Source of the DNA: Octopus bimaculoides
Taxonomy: Eukaryota
NCBI RefSeq assembly: GCF_001194135.2
Contig: NC_068981.1
Span: forward strand, 46,695,823 to 46,741,124
Length of the DNA stretch: 45,302 nt
Reading direction: 5' to 3'
A program made the translations under genes and the position numbers. Positions 1 to 12,285 of this stretch are shown here, piece after piece. How positions within the stretch are numbered: the first letter of the stretch is position 1; every line of letters begins with the position of its first letter. A model generated the notes under the pieces. That model saw only the letters and a program-made list of their open reading frames with translations. It was not told where the DNA came from and ran no database searches.

Positions 1-54
<54 letters not shown>
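1..54. repeat. (CT)n microsatellite
   Basis: Directly visible. Confidence 0.95.
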
Positions 55-56
<2 letters not shown>

Positions 57-571
57 CACACATACGCACACGCACGCAACGTCACTTATATTTTACTCCT
101 GAACAAGTAAATAAAAATGAACACCGAAAAATGTAAACCTATACATTAAATGAGCAAGCATACAATTGAAAACACACAACAAATAAATGTAGAGAAATAG
201 AAGAAAATTAAAATAAATAATAAAACTGCCCACATCAATCAATGTGGAAAATATACTCAAGGTAACAGAGACACAAACAACATCTTCGAACATTAACTCA
301 TGTTTAAACAAAAGTGCAAACTTAGTAAGGATAATGCGAAAATATCTGCCCCATTGTATGTTGTAATCGAATATCGAGAATCGTATTATTAACGGACAAT
401 AGTCTCTACTTCTGGATGGATTCAGCAAGCGGTGGTAGTCTTGTTGCTTATTGGTAATGGAGGCGGTAGAGGCGATGGTTGTGATGGTAGTAATGGCTCT
501 CTGATTGTTGCTGATTTTGATGTTGTTGCATGGTTCGCAGGGGTTGTGAAAGAAGCTGAAATGGGGAAAAT

Positions 572-586
572 AATGATGATGATGAC

Positions 587-645
<59 letters not shown>

Positions 646-669
646 CGTTGATGATGGTGGTGGTAGTGG
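572..669. repeat. (GAT)n/(GGT)n trinucleotide microsatellite bordering an N-gap
   Basis: Directly visible. Confidence 0.95.
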
Positions 670-1407
670 NNNNNNNNNNNNNNNNNNNNNNNNNNNNNNN
701 NNNNNNNNNNNNNNNNNNNNNNNNNNNNNNNNNNNNNNNNNNNNNNNNNNNNNNNNNNNNNNNNNNNNNNNNNNNNNNNNNNNNNNNNNNNNNNNNNNNN
801 NNNNNNNNNNNNNNNNNNNNNNNNNNNNNNNNNNNNNNNNNNNNNNNNNNNNNNNNNNNNNNNNNNNNNNNNNNNNNNNNNNNNNNNNNNNNNNNNNNNN
901 NNNNNNNNNNNNNNNNNNNNNNNNNNNNNNNNNNNNNNNNNNNNNNNNNNNNNNNNNNNNNNNNNNNNNNNNNNNNNNNNNNNNNNNNNNNNNNNNNNNN
1001 NNNNNNNNNNNNNNNNNNNNNNNNNNNNNNNNNNNNNNNNNNNNNNNNNNNNNNNNNNNNNNNNNNNNNNNNNNNNNNNNNNNNNNNNNNNNNNNNNNNN
1101 NNNNNNNNNNNNNNNNNNNNNNNNNNNNNNNNNNNNNNNNNNNNNNNNNNNNNNNNNNNNNNNNNNNNNNNNNNNNNNNNNNNNNNNNNNNNNNNNNNNN
1201 NNNNNNNNNNNNNNNNNNNNNNNNNNNNNNNNNNNNNNNNNNNNNNNNNNNNNNNNNNNNNNNNNNNNNNNNNNNNNNNNNNNNNNNNNNNNNNNNNNNN
1301 NNNNNNNNNNNNNNNNNNNNNNNNNNNNNNNNNNNNNNNNNNNNNNNNNNNNNNNNNNNNNNNNNNNNNNNNNNNNNNNNNNNNNNNNNNNNNNNNNNNN
1401 NNNNNNN

Positions 1408-1438
<31 letters not shown>

Positions 1439-1901
1439 ACACACATATACACATATATACATGCATACAAATCTGTACGTATACATACATACAAAAATAC
1501 CCTGTTGTGTTGATGATGAAATTGTAATGAAGCAACTTTGGATCTAGGATAGAAACCGGTTCTTTCTCTATCGGAAACAAAAAAATCTTGAAATAAAACT
1601 GAATGACATACATACATACATACATACATACGTACATACATACATACATATATGGATACATGCACAGAGTGTGTGAGAGAAAGACAGAGAGTGAGAAGGA
1701 CAGAGATGTTAAAGCTGACTAGAACAGATATATGAAAATCTTTATACAAGTGTGTATGTGTACATGCAGATATGTTCAGGTACATTCAGATATATGTATT
1801 AATGTTATAATGTTTATGGCTATACACAAAAACGCATACGTATATGTTTATGGCTATAGACAAAAATGCATGCACACACACAAATACTTAAGCCTCTATG
1901 G

Positions 1902-1960
1902 CACGGGTCCCCAACCACCGAAACACGGATCAGTATCAGAACGCACACAAGGAACTGACT
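1902..1960 (+). mobile_element. Degenerate hAT (Charlie/MER1-like) terminal fragment
   Basis: CACGGGTCCCCAACCACCGAAACACGGATCAGTATCAG resembles the hAT-Charlie terminus CAGGGGTCCCCAACCCCCGGGCCGCGGACCGGTACCGG, recalled from memory. No matching opposite end was found. Confidence 0.4.
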
Positions 1961-2289
1961 GCTGGCTGTCTTAGTTTTATACGTGTATTATATTTGTAGT
2001 CGAGACTAGTGATTGTCCGCTCCTGGGCAGATTCGTACACGTTAAGCTTCTCCTGCACTGTCTATCTGACCTTGGCGGGCCCGCACCCTTCTGTACCACC
2101 ATTAAATAGACTACAAGAACAACATTTATCCATGACTAGACCTGGGATAAATACTGGAGAATTTTTTTTCCCATGGCTTCCTCTAGGCAAGTGGCATTTG
2201 AACTCAGAATCTAGAGAGCCAGGAGATATACCGAAAAGCATTTCTACTAATCATAAAGCCAACGATTCTCGTACTCACCCACTCACTAC

Positions 2290-2390
2290 AGCAAGGTGAA
2301 ATGAAATGCTTTACTCAAGGATACAAGTTGCTCGGTCCGGCAAGTGAACTCATGATCTAGTGACCGTGAGTGCAATGCTCTAATCACTTC
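2290..2390 (-). mobile_element. Degenerate tRNA-derived SINE head/central fragment
   Basis: GTGAAATGAAATGCTTTACTCAAGGATACAAG...CGGTCCGG... is the reverse complement of the central and head region seen in the copy at 17233. Confidence 0.55.
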
Positions 2391-2966
2391 ACATATACAT
2401 GTGCAATACATATGTATTATATATATAATAATTAAATTAAATATTACGCATTTATTGATATGTTATGTGTGTTATATCCCTGTCTACGAGAAAATTGTAT
2501 TATATGAAACCAATCCGTAGGTTAAAAAAGATTGTGGACTGTTGATCTATTGGATCCTTTGCACCATTTTTGCTATGCAATAATCTTTATATTTGTTAAT
2601 ACAAGAAAATGAAAACCACGAGAGATGACATATTTCAGCCTTCTCTAAACGGGAATGAAAATGGAAAGATACAATGAGATAAAGTTCTTATTGTTTATCT
2701 CTGATCTACGATGAAATGCGTTACAAGACCAGCGTGACACCTTGGGTAACTGATTTATACTTATAGCGCCAGACCTAACAAAGATTTGTGAGAGAATTTA
2801 GTAGACGGAAACTGAAGGAAGCTTGGTGTGTATGTGCGAGTGTGTGCATATACATATACGTGTGTGTGTGTGTGCGTGTGTAGATTCACTGTGGTAGTTA
2901 TTTCATTTATACCAACCGCTCCCAACAATACATTATACACCATTTCATTGTTTTCTTTATAAATAA

Positions 2967-3158
2967 GGAGGCGAGCTCCAGAAACGTTAGCGCGCTGGAC
3001 AAAATACTTAGCAGTATTTCACCCGTCGCTACGTTCTGAGTTCAAATTCTACCGAGGTCGACTTTGCCTTTTATCCTTTCGACGTCGATAAATTCAGTAC
3101 CATTGAAACACTGGGGTCAGTGTAATCGACTAACACCTCCCATCAAATTTCAGGCCGC
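2967..3158 (+). mobile_element. tRNA-derived SINE (family B: GGCGGCGAGCTGGCAGAAACGTTAGC head)
   Basis: Colinear with the copies at 9278 and 4637: head, B-box-like GAGTTCAAATTC, then GACTTTGCCTT..ATCCTTTCG..GTCGATAAA..AGTACC and CTGGGGTC..TGTAATCGACT. Confidence 0.85.
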
Positions 3159-4072
3159 GAGGGCTTAGCAGATAGGATTATTGTCTTTCTAAATATTAAT
3201 CTTATTTGAGCGAGAGTTACCTACTATTTTCTAACAGACAAAGATATCATGTAGAGGTACTCGAGTGGAAAGAAATTATTTGTCGAAATTCATACCTATT
3301 TTTGTGTAGACAATTCATCTAAGGCCATGCATTTACTGTTTGCAATTCGACATTTTACGCACATATTTTGCTGTTTGTTTTCTGTCCAAACCAATGTTAA
3401 TTTGTGTTGCAAAATGTCTAGGATTTAGTTATATAACAAAACTAGGTAACGAAATGAATGTGGTTTTGCTCGCGTGTGACTATGTGTGAGTACTTGTGTG
3501 TCTACACGCACATGCATACACACACACACACATATGCACACATGTAGCAAGGAAAATGGCTTCTTCTCTGAACAATTCTATGTTATTGTGTCTGAGAACA
3601 GGTACATTTATTATTATTTACATCATTGAACATTTAATGACAAAATTACGTGATATATCAATGCTGTTTCTTAACATGTAATCATCAATCGTACCGCGTT
3701 TTTGCATCTCTTCCCCTACAGAACTTACGCTTACGCGGTTTTGTTTGTTTTTCTTTGCTTGCTAATTCGCCATACTAATTGAAGATATAATCACATGCTG
3801 AATGCAATCAACTTTCCCACTCGTTTTATATGACATCAAACGACGAGAAGAATTGTGTTATACAAGGATTTTTTCCCCCTACAACACTGTATTGTGTTGA
3901 GTAAGTTTAACTGTCTTTAAACCGAATGCAGCGCAGCGAATGAGTTAACAGAAAGCAGTATAATGAATTTTATCAATGTACTTGTATAACCGTGTCATCA
4001 AAAACAAGAAAAGTTTTATTATATAGAATAAAATATCCGTTGAAATATAATGGATTTATTAATTTCGTAGTG

Positions 4073-4370
4073 AAGGCACGTGGCTTAGTGGTTAAGGCAT
4101 TCGGCTTACGATCGTATAGTCGTGAGTTCAATTCCCAGCGACGCGTTGTATCCTTGAGCAAGAAACTTTACTTCACGTTGCTCCAGTCCACTCAGCTGGC
4201 AAAAATGAGTTCTACCTGTATTTCAGATGGCCAGCCTTGTCGCACTCTGTGTCACGCTGAATCTCCCTGAGAGCTACGAAAAGGGTTTACGTGTCTGTGA
4301 AATGCTCGGACACTTGCACGTTAATTTCACGAGCAGGCTGTTCCGTTGATCGTATCAGCTGGGACCCTCG
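4073..4370 (+). mobile_element. tRNA-derived SINE (family A, near full length)
   Basis: A-box TGGCTTAGTGGTT (4081), B-box GAGTTCAATTCCC (4124), central GCGTTGTATCCTTGAGCAAG.AACTTTA motif (CORE-like), and a 3' tail shared with the copies at 29336, 41269 and 20899. Confidence 0.9.
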
Positions 4371-4485
4371 AGTAATTTACTTATATAAGCATGTACATCC
4401 CCGAGCTAAAATTTCTGTAGGAACCTACGAAACTTTAAGTTGCATGGGGCCTAATGAAACTGTTTGAAATATTAATAACAATGAT

Positions 4486-4488
<3 letters not shown>

Positions 4489-4528
<40 letters not shown>

Positions 4529-4539
4529 GTAATAATAAT
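4489..4539. repeat. (AAT)n microsatellite, continuous with the 3' end of a minus-strand SINE
   Basis: Directly visible. It abuts CCTTTCTACT, the reverse complement of the family B 3' end. Confidence 0.9.
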
Positions 4540-4815
4540 CCTTTCTACTAACGGCACAAGGACTGAAACTTCAGAGGAAGGTGGAAATCGATTACAATGA
4601 CCCCAGTGCTTCGACTAGTACTTATTTTATCAACCCCGAAATGCTTAGCAGTATTTCGTTTGTCTTTATGTTCTCAGTTCAAATTCCGGCGGGGCCGACT
4701 TTGCCTTCCATCCTTTCGAAGTCGATAAATTAAGTACCAGTGGAACACTGGGTTCGATCTAATCGACTGGGCCCCTCCCAAAAAATTTCGGGCTGTGTGC
4801 CTTGAGTAGAAAATA
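4540..4815. mobile_element. Head-to-head fusion of two family B SINE fragments (minus 3' half 4540-4641; plus copy 4637-4815)
   Basis: The left part is the reverse complement of the family B 3' half. The right part is a family B copy starting at CGAAATGCTTAGC. The junction shares CGAAA. Confidence 0.8.
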
Positions 4816-4884
4816 TTACTATGCCATATTTAATTTCTTTTAAAAACGTTTTATATCTACATTCCACTATTATTTTATATATTA

Positions 4885-5718
4885 CTAGCAGAAATACCCG
4901 GCGTTGCCCGGGTTAAAGAGAATACTTTAATCTAAAAACGTCGTCTTGACTATGCATCATCTTTATATATAGAGATGTATATACACACACGCACCCAAAC
5001 ACACGTATATATATGTATATCAATATAAATATATGAAAGTCAATGAAGTTTCGTAAAAGAAGGTGATCATGTACATACGTTCTTGCTGTTGTGATTATAA
5101 CACCTCGTTGTAAACAATGTTCCTTGTTTTCCCTTGTGGAGCATATACAAATAGGTTTTTTTTGCTGCCCACTCTTGAGCAGCCAACATACAGTTGTCCA
5201 TGTGAGAAGCAGGGCTCTTCCAAGAGAAGATCAGCTACAGACAGTGTTTGACCCGNNNNNNNNNNNNNNNNNNNNNNNNNNNNNNNNNNNNNNNNNNNNN
5301 NNNNNNNNNNNNNNNNNNNNNNNNNNNNNNNNNNNNNNNNNNNNNNNNNNNNNNNNNNNNNNNNNNNNNNNNNNNNNNNNNNNNNNNNNNNNNNNNNNNN
5401 NNNNNNNNNNNNNNNNNNNNNNNNNNNNNNNNNNNNNNNNNNNNNNNNNNNNNNNNNNNNNNNNNNNNNNNNNNNNNNNNNNNNNNNNNNNNNNNNNNNN
5501 NNNNNNNNNNNNNNNNNNNNNNNNNNNNNNNNNNNNNNNNNNNNNNNNNNNNNNNNNNNNNNNNNNNNNNNNNNNNNNNNNNNNNNNNNNNNNNNNNNNN
5601 NNNNNNNNNNNNNNNNNNNNNNNNNNNNNNNNNNNNNNNNNNNNNNNNNNNNNNNNNNNNNNNNNNNNNNNNNNNNNNNNNNNNNNNNNNNNNNNNNNNN
5701 NNNNNNNNNNNNNNNNNN

Positions 5719-5758
<40 letters not shown>

Positions 5759-5803
5759 GTGTACACATACATCTATATGTATACATATACATCTCTCTCT
5801 CTT

Positions 5804-5834
<31 letters not shown>

Positions 5835-6285
5835 ATCTCTCTCTTTCTTTCTTTCTCTCTCTCTCTCAAAGTATGTCATTACAGTATCGAAATGGTGTAC
5901 ATATACATGTATATGTATACATATACACCTCTCTCTCTCTCTTTCTGTCTCTCTCTTTCTGTCTCTCTCTTTCTGTCTCTCTCGTTCTCTCTTTCTCTCT
6001 CTGTGAAAGTATCTATCATTACAGTATCGAAATGTAATTGTTTCAGTTAGTGGAATAGTTTCATTTTTAAAGTGAAAGTATTTGACATGAGTGTCTTTGT
6101 TTCACTTTTGACACGTAATACTTAAATAGTGGAGGAGATATTATGGCACCCTAAGTAAGGCATGTGTAAAATTTGAATGAAATTGGTTGCGTAGTTCTCG
6201 AGTTTTAGGGATTCACACACAGACAGACAAACAGACAGACATACAGACAGACAGACACACATTCTCATTTATATATATATATAGA
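4885..6285 (-). mobile_element. Helitron copy 1 (non-autonomous or gap-collapsed)
   Basis: On the minus strand the 5' end reads TCTATATATATATAAATGAG (from 6285). The 3' end is the GC hairpin ACCCGGGCAACGCCGGGT, then ATTTCTG-CTAG|T (4885). It contains the PIF1 helicase C-terminal codons and is colinear with the copy at 17689-19182. Confidence 0.92.
5095..5253 (-). pseudogene. Helitron RepHel PIF1-family helicase, C-terminal 52 codons (5' part lost in N-gap)
   Basis: GQTLSVADLLLEEPCFSHGQLYVGCSRVGSKKNLFVYAPQGKTRNIVYNEVL* carries the diagnostic GQ(S/T)L...P.FSHGQLYVA.SRV and T.NIVY.EVL* motifs of Helitron helicases. Confidence 0.92.
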
Positions 6286-6286
6286 C

Positions 6287-6330
<44 letters not shown>

Positions 6331-6402
6331 NNNNNNNNNNTTATTATTATTATTATTATTATCATTATTATTATTATTATTATTTATTATCATTATTATT
6401 AG
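6286..6402. repeat. (TTA)n microsatellite with a 10-N gap
   Basis: Directly visible; flanks the 5' end of Helitron copy 1. Confidence 0.95.
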
Positions 6403-7423
6403 TATGTGTATATATATATATACCTATATGTCCATGCACATTTTTAGTATTCGTATGTATATATTTGTATATACTTGTTTCAGTTCAGACAATCCTTATT
6501 TTTTGTTTACTAAATCCGTATATATATATATATATATATATATATNNNNNNNNNNNNNNNNNNNNNNNNNNNNNNNNNNNNNNNNNNNNNNNNNNNNNNN
6601 NNNNNNNNNNNNNNNNNNNNNNNNNNNNNNNNNNNNNNNNNNNNNNNNNNNNNNNNNNNNNNNNNNNNNNNNNNNNNNNNNNNNNNNNNNNNNNNNNNNN
6701 NNNNNNNNNNNNNNNNNNNNNNNNNNNNNNNNNNNNNNNNNNNNNNNNNNNNNNNNNNNNNNNNNNNNNNNNNNNNNNNNNNNNNNNNNNNNNNNNNNNN
6801 NNNNNNNNNNNNNNNNNNNNNNNNNNNNNNNNNNNNNNNNNNNNNNNNNNNNNNNNNNNNNNNNNNNNNNNNNNNNNNNNNNNNNNNNNNNNNNNNNNNN
6901 NNNNNNNNNNNNNNNNNNNNNNNNNNNNNNNNNNNNNNNNNNNNNNNNNNNNNNNNNNNNNNNNNNNNNNNNNNNNNNNNNNNNNNNNNNNNNNNNNNNN
7001 NNNNNNNNNNNNNNNNNNNNNNNNNNNNNNNNNNNNNNNNNNNNNNNNNNNNNNNNNNNNNNNNNNNNNNNNNNNNNNNNNNNNNNNNNNNNNNNNNNNN
7101 NNNNNNNNNNNNNNNNNNNNNNNNNNNNNNNNNNNNNNNNNNNNNNNNNNNNNNNNNNNNNNNNNNNNNNNNNNNNNNNNNNNNNNNNNNNNNNNNNNNN
7201 NNNNNNNNNNNNNNNNNNNNNNNNNNNNNNNNNNNNNNNNNNNNNNNNNNNNNNNNNNNNNNNNNNNNNNNNNNNNNNNNNNNNNNNNNNNNNNNNNNNN
7301 NNNNNNNNNNNNNNNNNNNNNNNNNNNNNNNNNNNNNNNNNNNNNNNNNNNNNNNNNNNNNNNNNNNNNNNNNNNNNNNNNNNNNNNNNNNNNNNNNNNN
7401 NNNNNNNNNNNNNNNNNNNNNNN

Positions 7424-7470
<47 letters not shown>
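7424..7470. repeat. (ATAG)n tetranucleotide microsatellite
   Basis: Directly visible. Confidence 0.95.
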
Positions 7471-7471
<1 letters not shown>

Positions 7472-7647
7472 TGTTTCTATGTGTTTATTTATGCAGGTTC
7501 TCCCAAAATGTTGACACTTATGCTAATGGCGACTTGAGAATGCGTTATATATTTCCATTCATAAATGTTGGCGATCTTCTTGTGGCAGCCTATATGTATA
7601 TGAATGCATGACTGTGTGTGTGTGCGTCTTAATATGCGCTGGCTTCC

Positions 7648-7693
<46 letters not shown>

Positions 7694-7694
7694 C

Positions 7695-7733
<39 letters not shown>

Positions 7734-8054
7734 ATCTCTCTCTCTCTCTTCCTCGATCTCTCTCTCTCTTCATCTCTCTGTCTTCATCGCTCTCTCTCTC
7801 TATCTCTGTTTAAATTTGTTGAAGGATTAGAAATTATTTCACGTATATGACCACATGTAGTACGACAGATTCTGCTCTGAATGAAAATAATTACTTTTGC
7901 ACTTGCAGAACTTTATGTGTAACGGTTTTCAGTCAAACTATCATTAACTTTTCTAGCACAAATGGATTTAATTTTCCGCTTAAATTTATCGTAACTTAAA
8001 TACATTCTCAAAATTTTAGTTCTGTTTTAAAACAATACTAAAATATGCGCAGTA

Positions 8055-8358
8055 TTTTATTTACGTTTATTAGTTTCAATCATTGGACTGTAGCCTCACT
8101 GGGACACTGCTTTTAAGTATTTAGTTAAACAAATCTACCTAAGTACATACTTTTTACAATCTGGACTCTTCTGATGAACTACATCATTACGGGCGTTGGA
8201 ACAAACCAACACCGGCTGTTAAACGACGATGGCAGACAAACACACGCACGAACACACACACACGCGCGCTCCTATATATATTTAAATTAAACTCAGAACG
8301 TAAGAAATGCCGCGAAACATTTTGCCCTCGTGCTAAGTATTCCGCCAGTTGGCCGCCT
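8055..8358 (-). mobile_element. Degenerate SINE: family B head + internal (CA/AT) microsatellite + C-type tail
   Basis: 8285-8358 is the reverse complement of the family B head (AACTCAGAACGT...GCTAA..ATTCCGCCAGTTGGCCGCC). 8055-8250 is colinear with the 20143-20365 element. Confidence 0.65.
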
Positions 8359-8449
8359 TTAAAATACAATGGATATATTAAATATATAACAAATGTAATT
8401 ACGTAGAAAAAATGCAAGCAGGAGAAACAATATTCTTAATATTATAAAC

Positions 8450-8530
8450 CTGGAAAAGTACAGGACAAGTTATTACACTAGGAAAAATTCAGGACAAGTT
8501 ATTACATCTGGTAAAGTACAGAACAGGAAA
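8450..8530. repeat. ~28-29 bp tandem repeat x3 (CTGGAAAAGTACAGGACAAGTTATTACA)
   Basis: Units at 8450-8477 and 8478-8506, with a partial unit at 8507-8530. Confidence 0.8.
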
Positions 8531-9277
8531 ATTTTTACTTGAAATATTGGAGCTAAGGATAACATGTCAAATAAAGCATTTAGAATTATAAAATAGTAGC
8601 TTTTGTTAAAACTAAAAAAATTATTACAAGTTTTTACTTCTATTTGGTATTACTTGTTACTTGTATTAAAAATTAAAAATTACTCAAAATATTTTTTCGC
8701 CCTTTAAAAAAATATTCATTTTGAAAATTATTAATTGATAATTATAATAAACCACAGCACAAAATTAGCTTATGTTTGGTTGAAATAAACTGCTGCATTT
8801 TTGTTTGAAAATCACAGGGAAAGGATATTTGTGATATACAATATGGTTGAAGGAGGATGCTGAGCTACAGAAGTTTGAGAATCACCGGTGTAGCGTAAGC
8901 ATAATTTGAAAAACTGTGTAAAGACTTAACACTTATCTCATTTGAGCTTAACATCAGGATGTAGCAAATTAAGCTGCGGAACATATGTAGTTCTGTATCT
9001 CTACTGTTTTTAGCGTCATTTTTGAGTGTACTTAATGAAAATTCATGCAGCATTCATGGTTTAGAGAAATCATGAACACTTGTATCATATGGTTAATCTA
9101 GGGAAACAAAATATAGTCAAACGAAAAATTCTTTTGTTTTCCTTGGATAACAGAATTGTTAGTGTTTCGAACACATCAAATATGAATTTTATCATTTCGT
9201 AGTAAAAAAAAAAAAAGAAAAAAGAGAAAATGTGCCCGCTCAGTACTGGCAGTTCATTTAATATTCGTATAAAACAA

Positions 9278-9492
9278 GGCGGCGATCTCGCAGAAACGTT
9301 AGCACGCCGGGCGATATGCTTAGCGGTATTTCGTCTGTCTCTACGTTCTGAATTCAAATTCCGCTGAAGTTGACTTTGCCTTTCATCCTTTCGGTGTCGA
9401 TAAATTAAATATCAGTTGCGTACTGAGATCTATTTAATCGACCGGCCTCCTCTCCCAAAATTTCGGGCCTTGTGCCTAGATTAGAAAAGAAT
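9278..9492 (+). mobile_element. tRNA-derived SINE family B, full length
   Basis: Runs from GGCGGCGATCTCGCAGAAACGTTAGC through GAATTCAAATTCC to CCTTGTGCCTAGATTAGAAAAGAA; colinear with the other family B copies. Confidence 0.9.
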
Positions 9493-11862
9493 ATTCATAT
9501 AACATATCCCTGTTGAGAGGAATTACAATTGATATTATAGACATAATTGACTTCTTTTCCTTCTTCTATATTTCATTTTTCTGGGGTTCTATAAAGTAAG
9601 TATGCTATACAGTGAAGACGATACAATTGATTCAACGTTTTGCTAGAGTAATCTAATAATTTAAATTTACATCGTCTTATCTTTTTAACGCCACAAAAAA
9701 TTTCAGATGGGCCTTCTTTTCTTTACATCCCACGAGACAATACAGCTACATTTCCGACAAGTTATCAATCATATAAATTAAACTTCAATGGAAAGTAGAA
9801 AAGAAAAAAATACAACTATCGATATTTTGATAATCTAGAGGGGAATTGATTTAGGATTAGTTTTCTTTTAGATATATTTGCTTTTCTTCATTCGGCGTGC
9901 TTTCTTAAGTTCTATATAACACTGTTGTTAATTGAAGTGATACGATAAGAAATATGCTTGAAGATGATTGGCAAGAAAATTAGCTGAAATGCCAAGTTAA
10001 CTTAGGAAACAGAAAAATAACGATAATGAAATATAGCAAAATAAACAAAATTTCCAGACTTAATATTATTACTTTTTTTATTTATTTATTCATTCTCACT
10101 ATTTATTTATATTATTTTCAAGAGTATTTCTGGTTTAGTAAATCCGATGATAATATAGTTGATAATGTTGTTGATGTTTTTCTTCTAAGTTGCTCTTTTA
10201 AAGTTTCAACGTATTGAGACGATTTGTTACGAATTGGTTTAAGGTTTAGTGATACATTAGTTTAGATTTTTAATCCTTTTATTTCTGTAATATTTCTGTA
10301 GTCAGCAACGGATACTGAAATAACAATAAAAACAAAAATTGCTTCAAAAAGGTCACAAAAAAGTCATTTTATACAACGGGCGGTAGAACTGACAATTTAC
10401 AAAACACGGATTTCTTCCGTATCAAACATTAAACGAATATCTACTTCGCTATTGCGGCCTGCATGCATCACTCTACATGCTAGATCTAGCAGCGAAATTT
10501 TACTCAAATCGTATTGTTACTCTTAAAAAGGATACCATACAGTCTTAGCTAAAGCATATCCTTGTTCTAGAAGCATTGTATCTGATAAAAGATGCGCTGT
10601 CCACGACTGTAAAGCTTTTAATCAAAATTCACTTCAATCTAACAACAGCTGCAGTATGTTTCTTTTTTTTTCTTATTTATATATTGTCTGTCTATATAGT
10701 TGTTTATATTTTCCTAATGAGCTATGTCTGATGTGCCAGTGCTTAACGATGCCGCAATAAATCTCTTAAAGAAAGCGAATGGAAGTTAACATTACGCTTT
10801 CTTTATCAGTTCAAGATTTGGGTTTTGTTAACCAAGCATTTCATCTCTTTGTATTACCTGTTTGCTAGTGTGTGACTCAATTGCCAGGGTGTTTTTCCCT
10901 TCGAAAGTAATTTCCAATTGTTTAACAAACATTATATATACCCCTTCTCAGCGAATTGATAAACTATGTGTAATGAATTTTTATTGTACGACCAAAATTT
11001 TAGCTATCACAAAAGTGTTTTGTCTTATCCAAGACAGCGTTTTCTGGTAAACTCAACGACATTTAAGACAGTAGGGCGAATCATTCAGAAAAGTGTGGAT
11101 CTTAGAAACATTCAAAGCGGCATAGTAATTGTATAAATATAGAATTTCATGAAACATCGATACTGGGAAACAGGCCGATTCGAGAAGCTACCTCATACCA
11201 ACTTATATAAAAGAATAGAGAAATAAGACCAAATGTAAAATAAGTAATGCCAGCACTGGAGATTACTGATGTCAACACTTTTAAGTCCCAACAAGTAGGT
11301 AAGAGACTCTGAACAATTTGTTTTATAAAATGTTTTTGCAGGCAGAATTTTTCCTCGGATGTCCATCGTGTGGCGGCGTTTCGGAATTTCGTCATCGTGG
11401 CTTCTGAATTTCAGGTATTCAAGATGAATAAACACTCTGAAGCTATTCACATAAATACATACAAAGTTCTGGCCGTTAGGTTGACAAGTTTTCTTGCAAC
11501 AAAGAAGCCCTGAATTCAACCCAATTTCACGGTATAAGCAATGCTTTGCACGTGGAAATAGGTGTTAGGAAACTTTGAGGAAGCCTGTCATGTATACATA
11601 TACGCATATAAATGTGAGCGTGAGAACGAAACAGAGAGTCTTCAGGAGTAGTTGTGTTAAAGAACACCAGCGTAAAATACTATGATATCTCAAAGAAATA
11701 AATGAGACCAATAAAATACCACCAAGATAGATTAATTTTTAGTTCAGGTGCAAAAACGGAAAAAAAAAACTAGAGTAGGCGAAATGTGCTAAGCCTCCAC
11801 ATATTGGTGATGTGTGTAGGTGCCGTGAGAAGTTGTGTATAGACTGTTCATGTTATGCATAC

Positions 11863-11950
11863 TACCTACCTACCTTCTACCTACCTACCTACCTACATAC
11901 ATACCTACCTACCTATCTACCTACCTACCTACCTACATACATACATACAT
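11863..11950. repeat. (CCTA)n/(CATA)n tetranucleotide microsatellite
   Basis: Directly visible. Confidence 0.9.
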
Positions 11951-12285
11951 ACACACATAACACACGTACATGCATACATACACGCGCGCGCATATACATG
12001 GTTATATGTGTAGTAGATGTGTATTCGTAAGTAGCAGCGCAATTGAAACGTAGTTTGAATGAAAACATTCTATATAAATCATGTGATGCATCTATAGTAC
12101 ATGTAATTACTGAATTTAGGTAAAAATAGCACAATGAGCAAGATTTCCTACAGAACTTTGGAACATACATTGGGACAGCTTGATGTAATTTGGAACGTAC
12201 TACAAGCTATCCCAATAAATACGAAACCAGTAACTCTTGCTACCATTTATTTCAGGAGATCTACCACAGCCCTATCGTGGATGTC

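Noticed and set aside
93-1785. Long ORFs with poly-His, poly-Met, poly-Ser or poly-Ile tracts, and all X-rich ORFs elsewhere in the track
   Set aside because: They are open only because N-runs and microsatellites contain no stop codons; they have no coding signal.
4073-4150. tRNA-like A-box/B-box sequences (also at 17233, 29316 and 41560-41636)
   Set aside because: They run directly into multi-copy SINE bodies and do not form a full cloverleaf, so they are SINE heads and not tRNA genes.
8450-8530. CRISPR-like repeat array (also considered 29155-29200)
   Set aside because: The units are contiguous with no unique spacers, the context is eukaryotic, and no cas genes are present.
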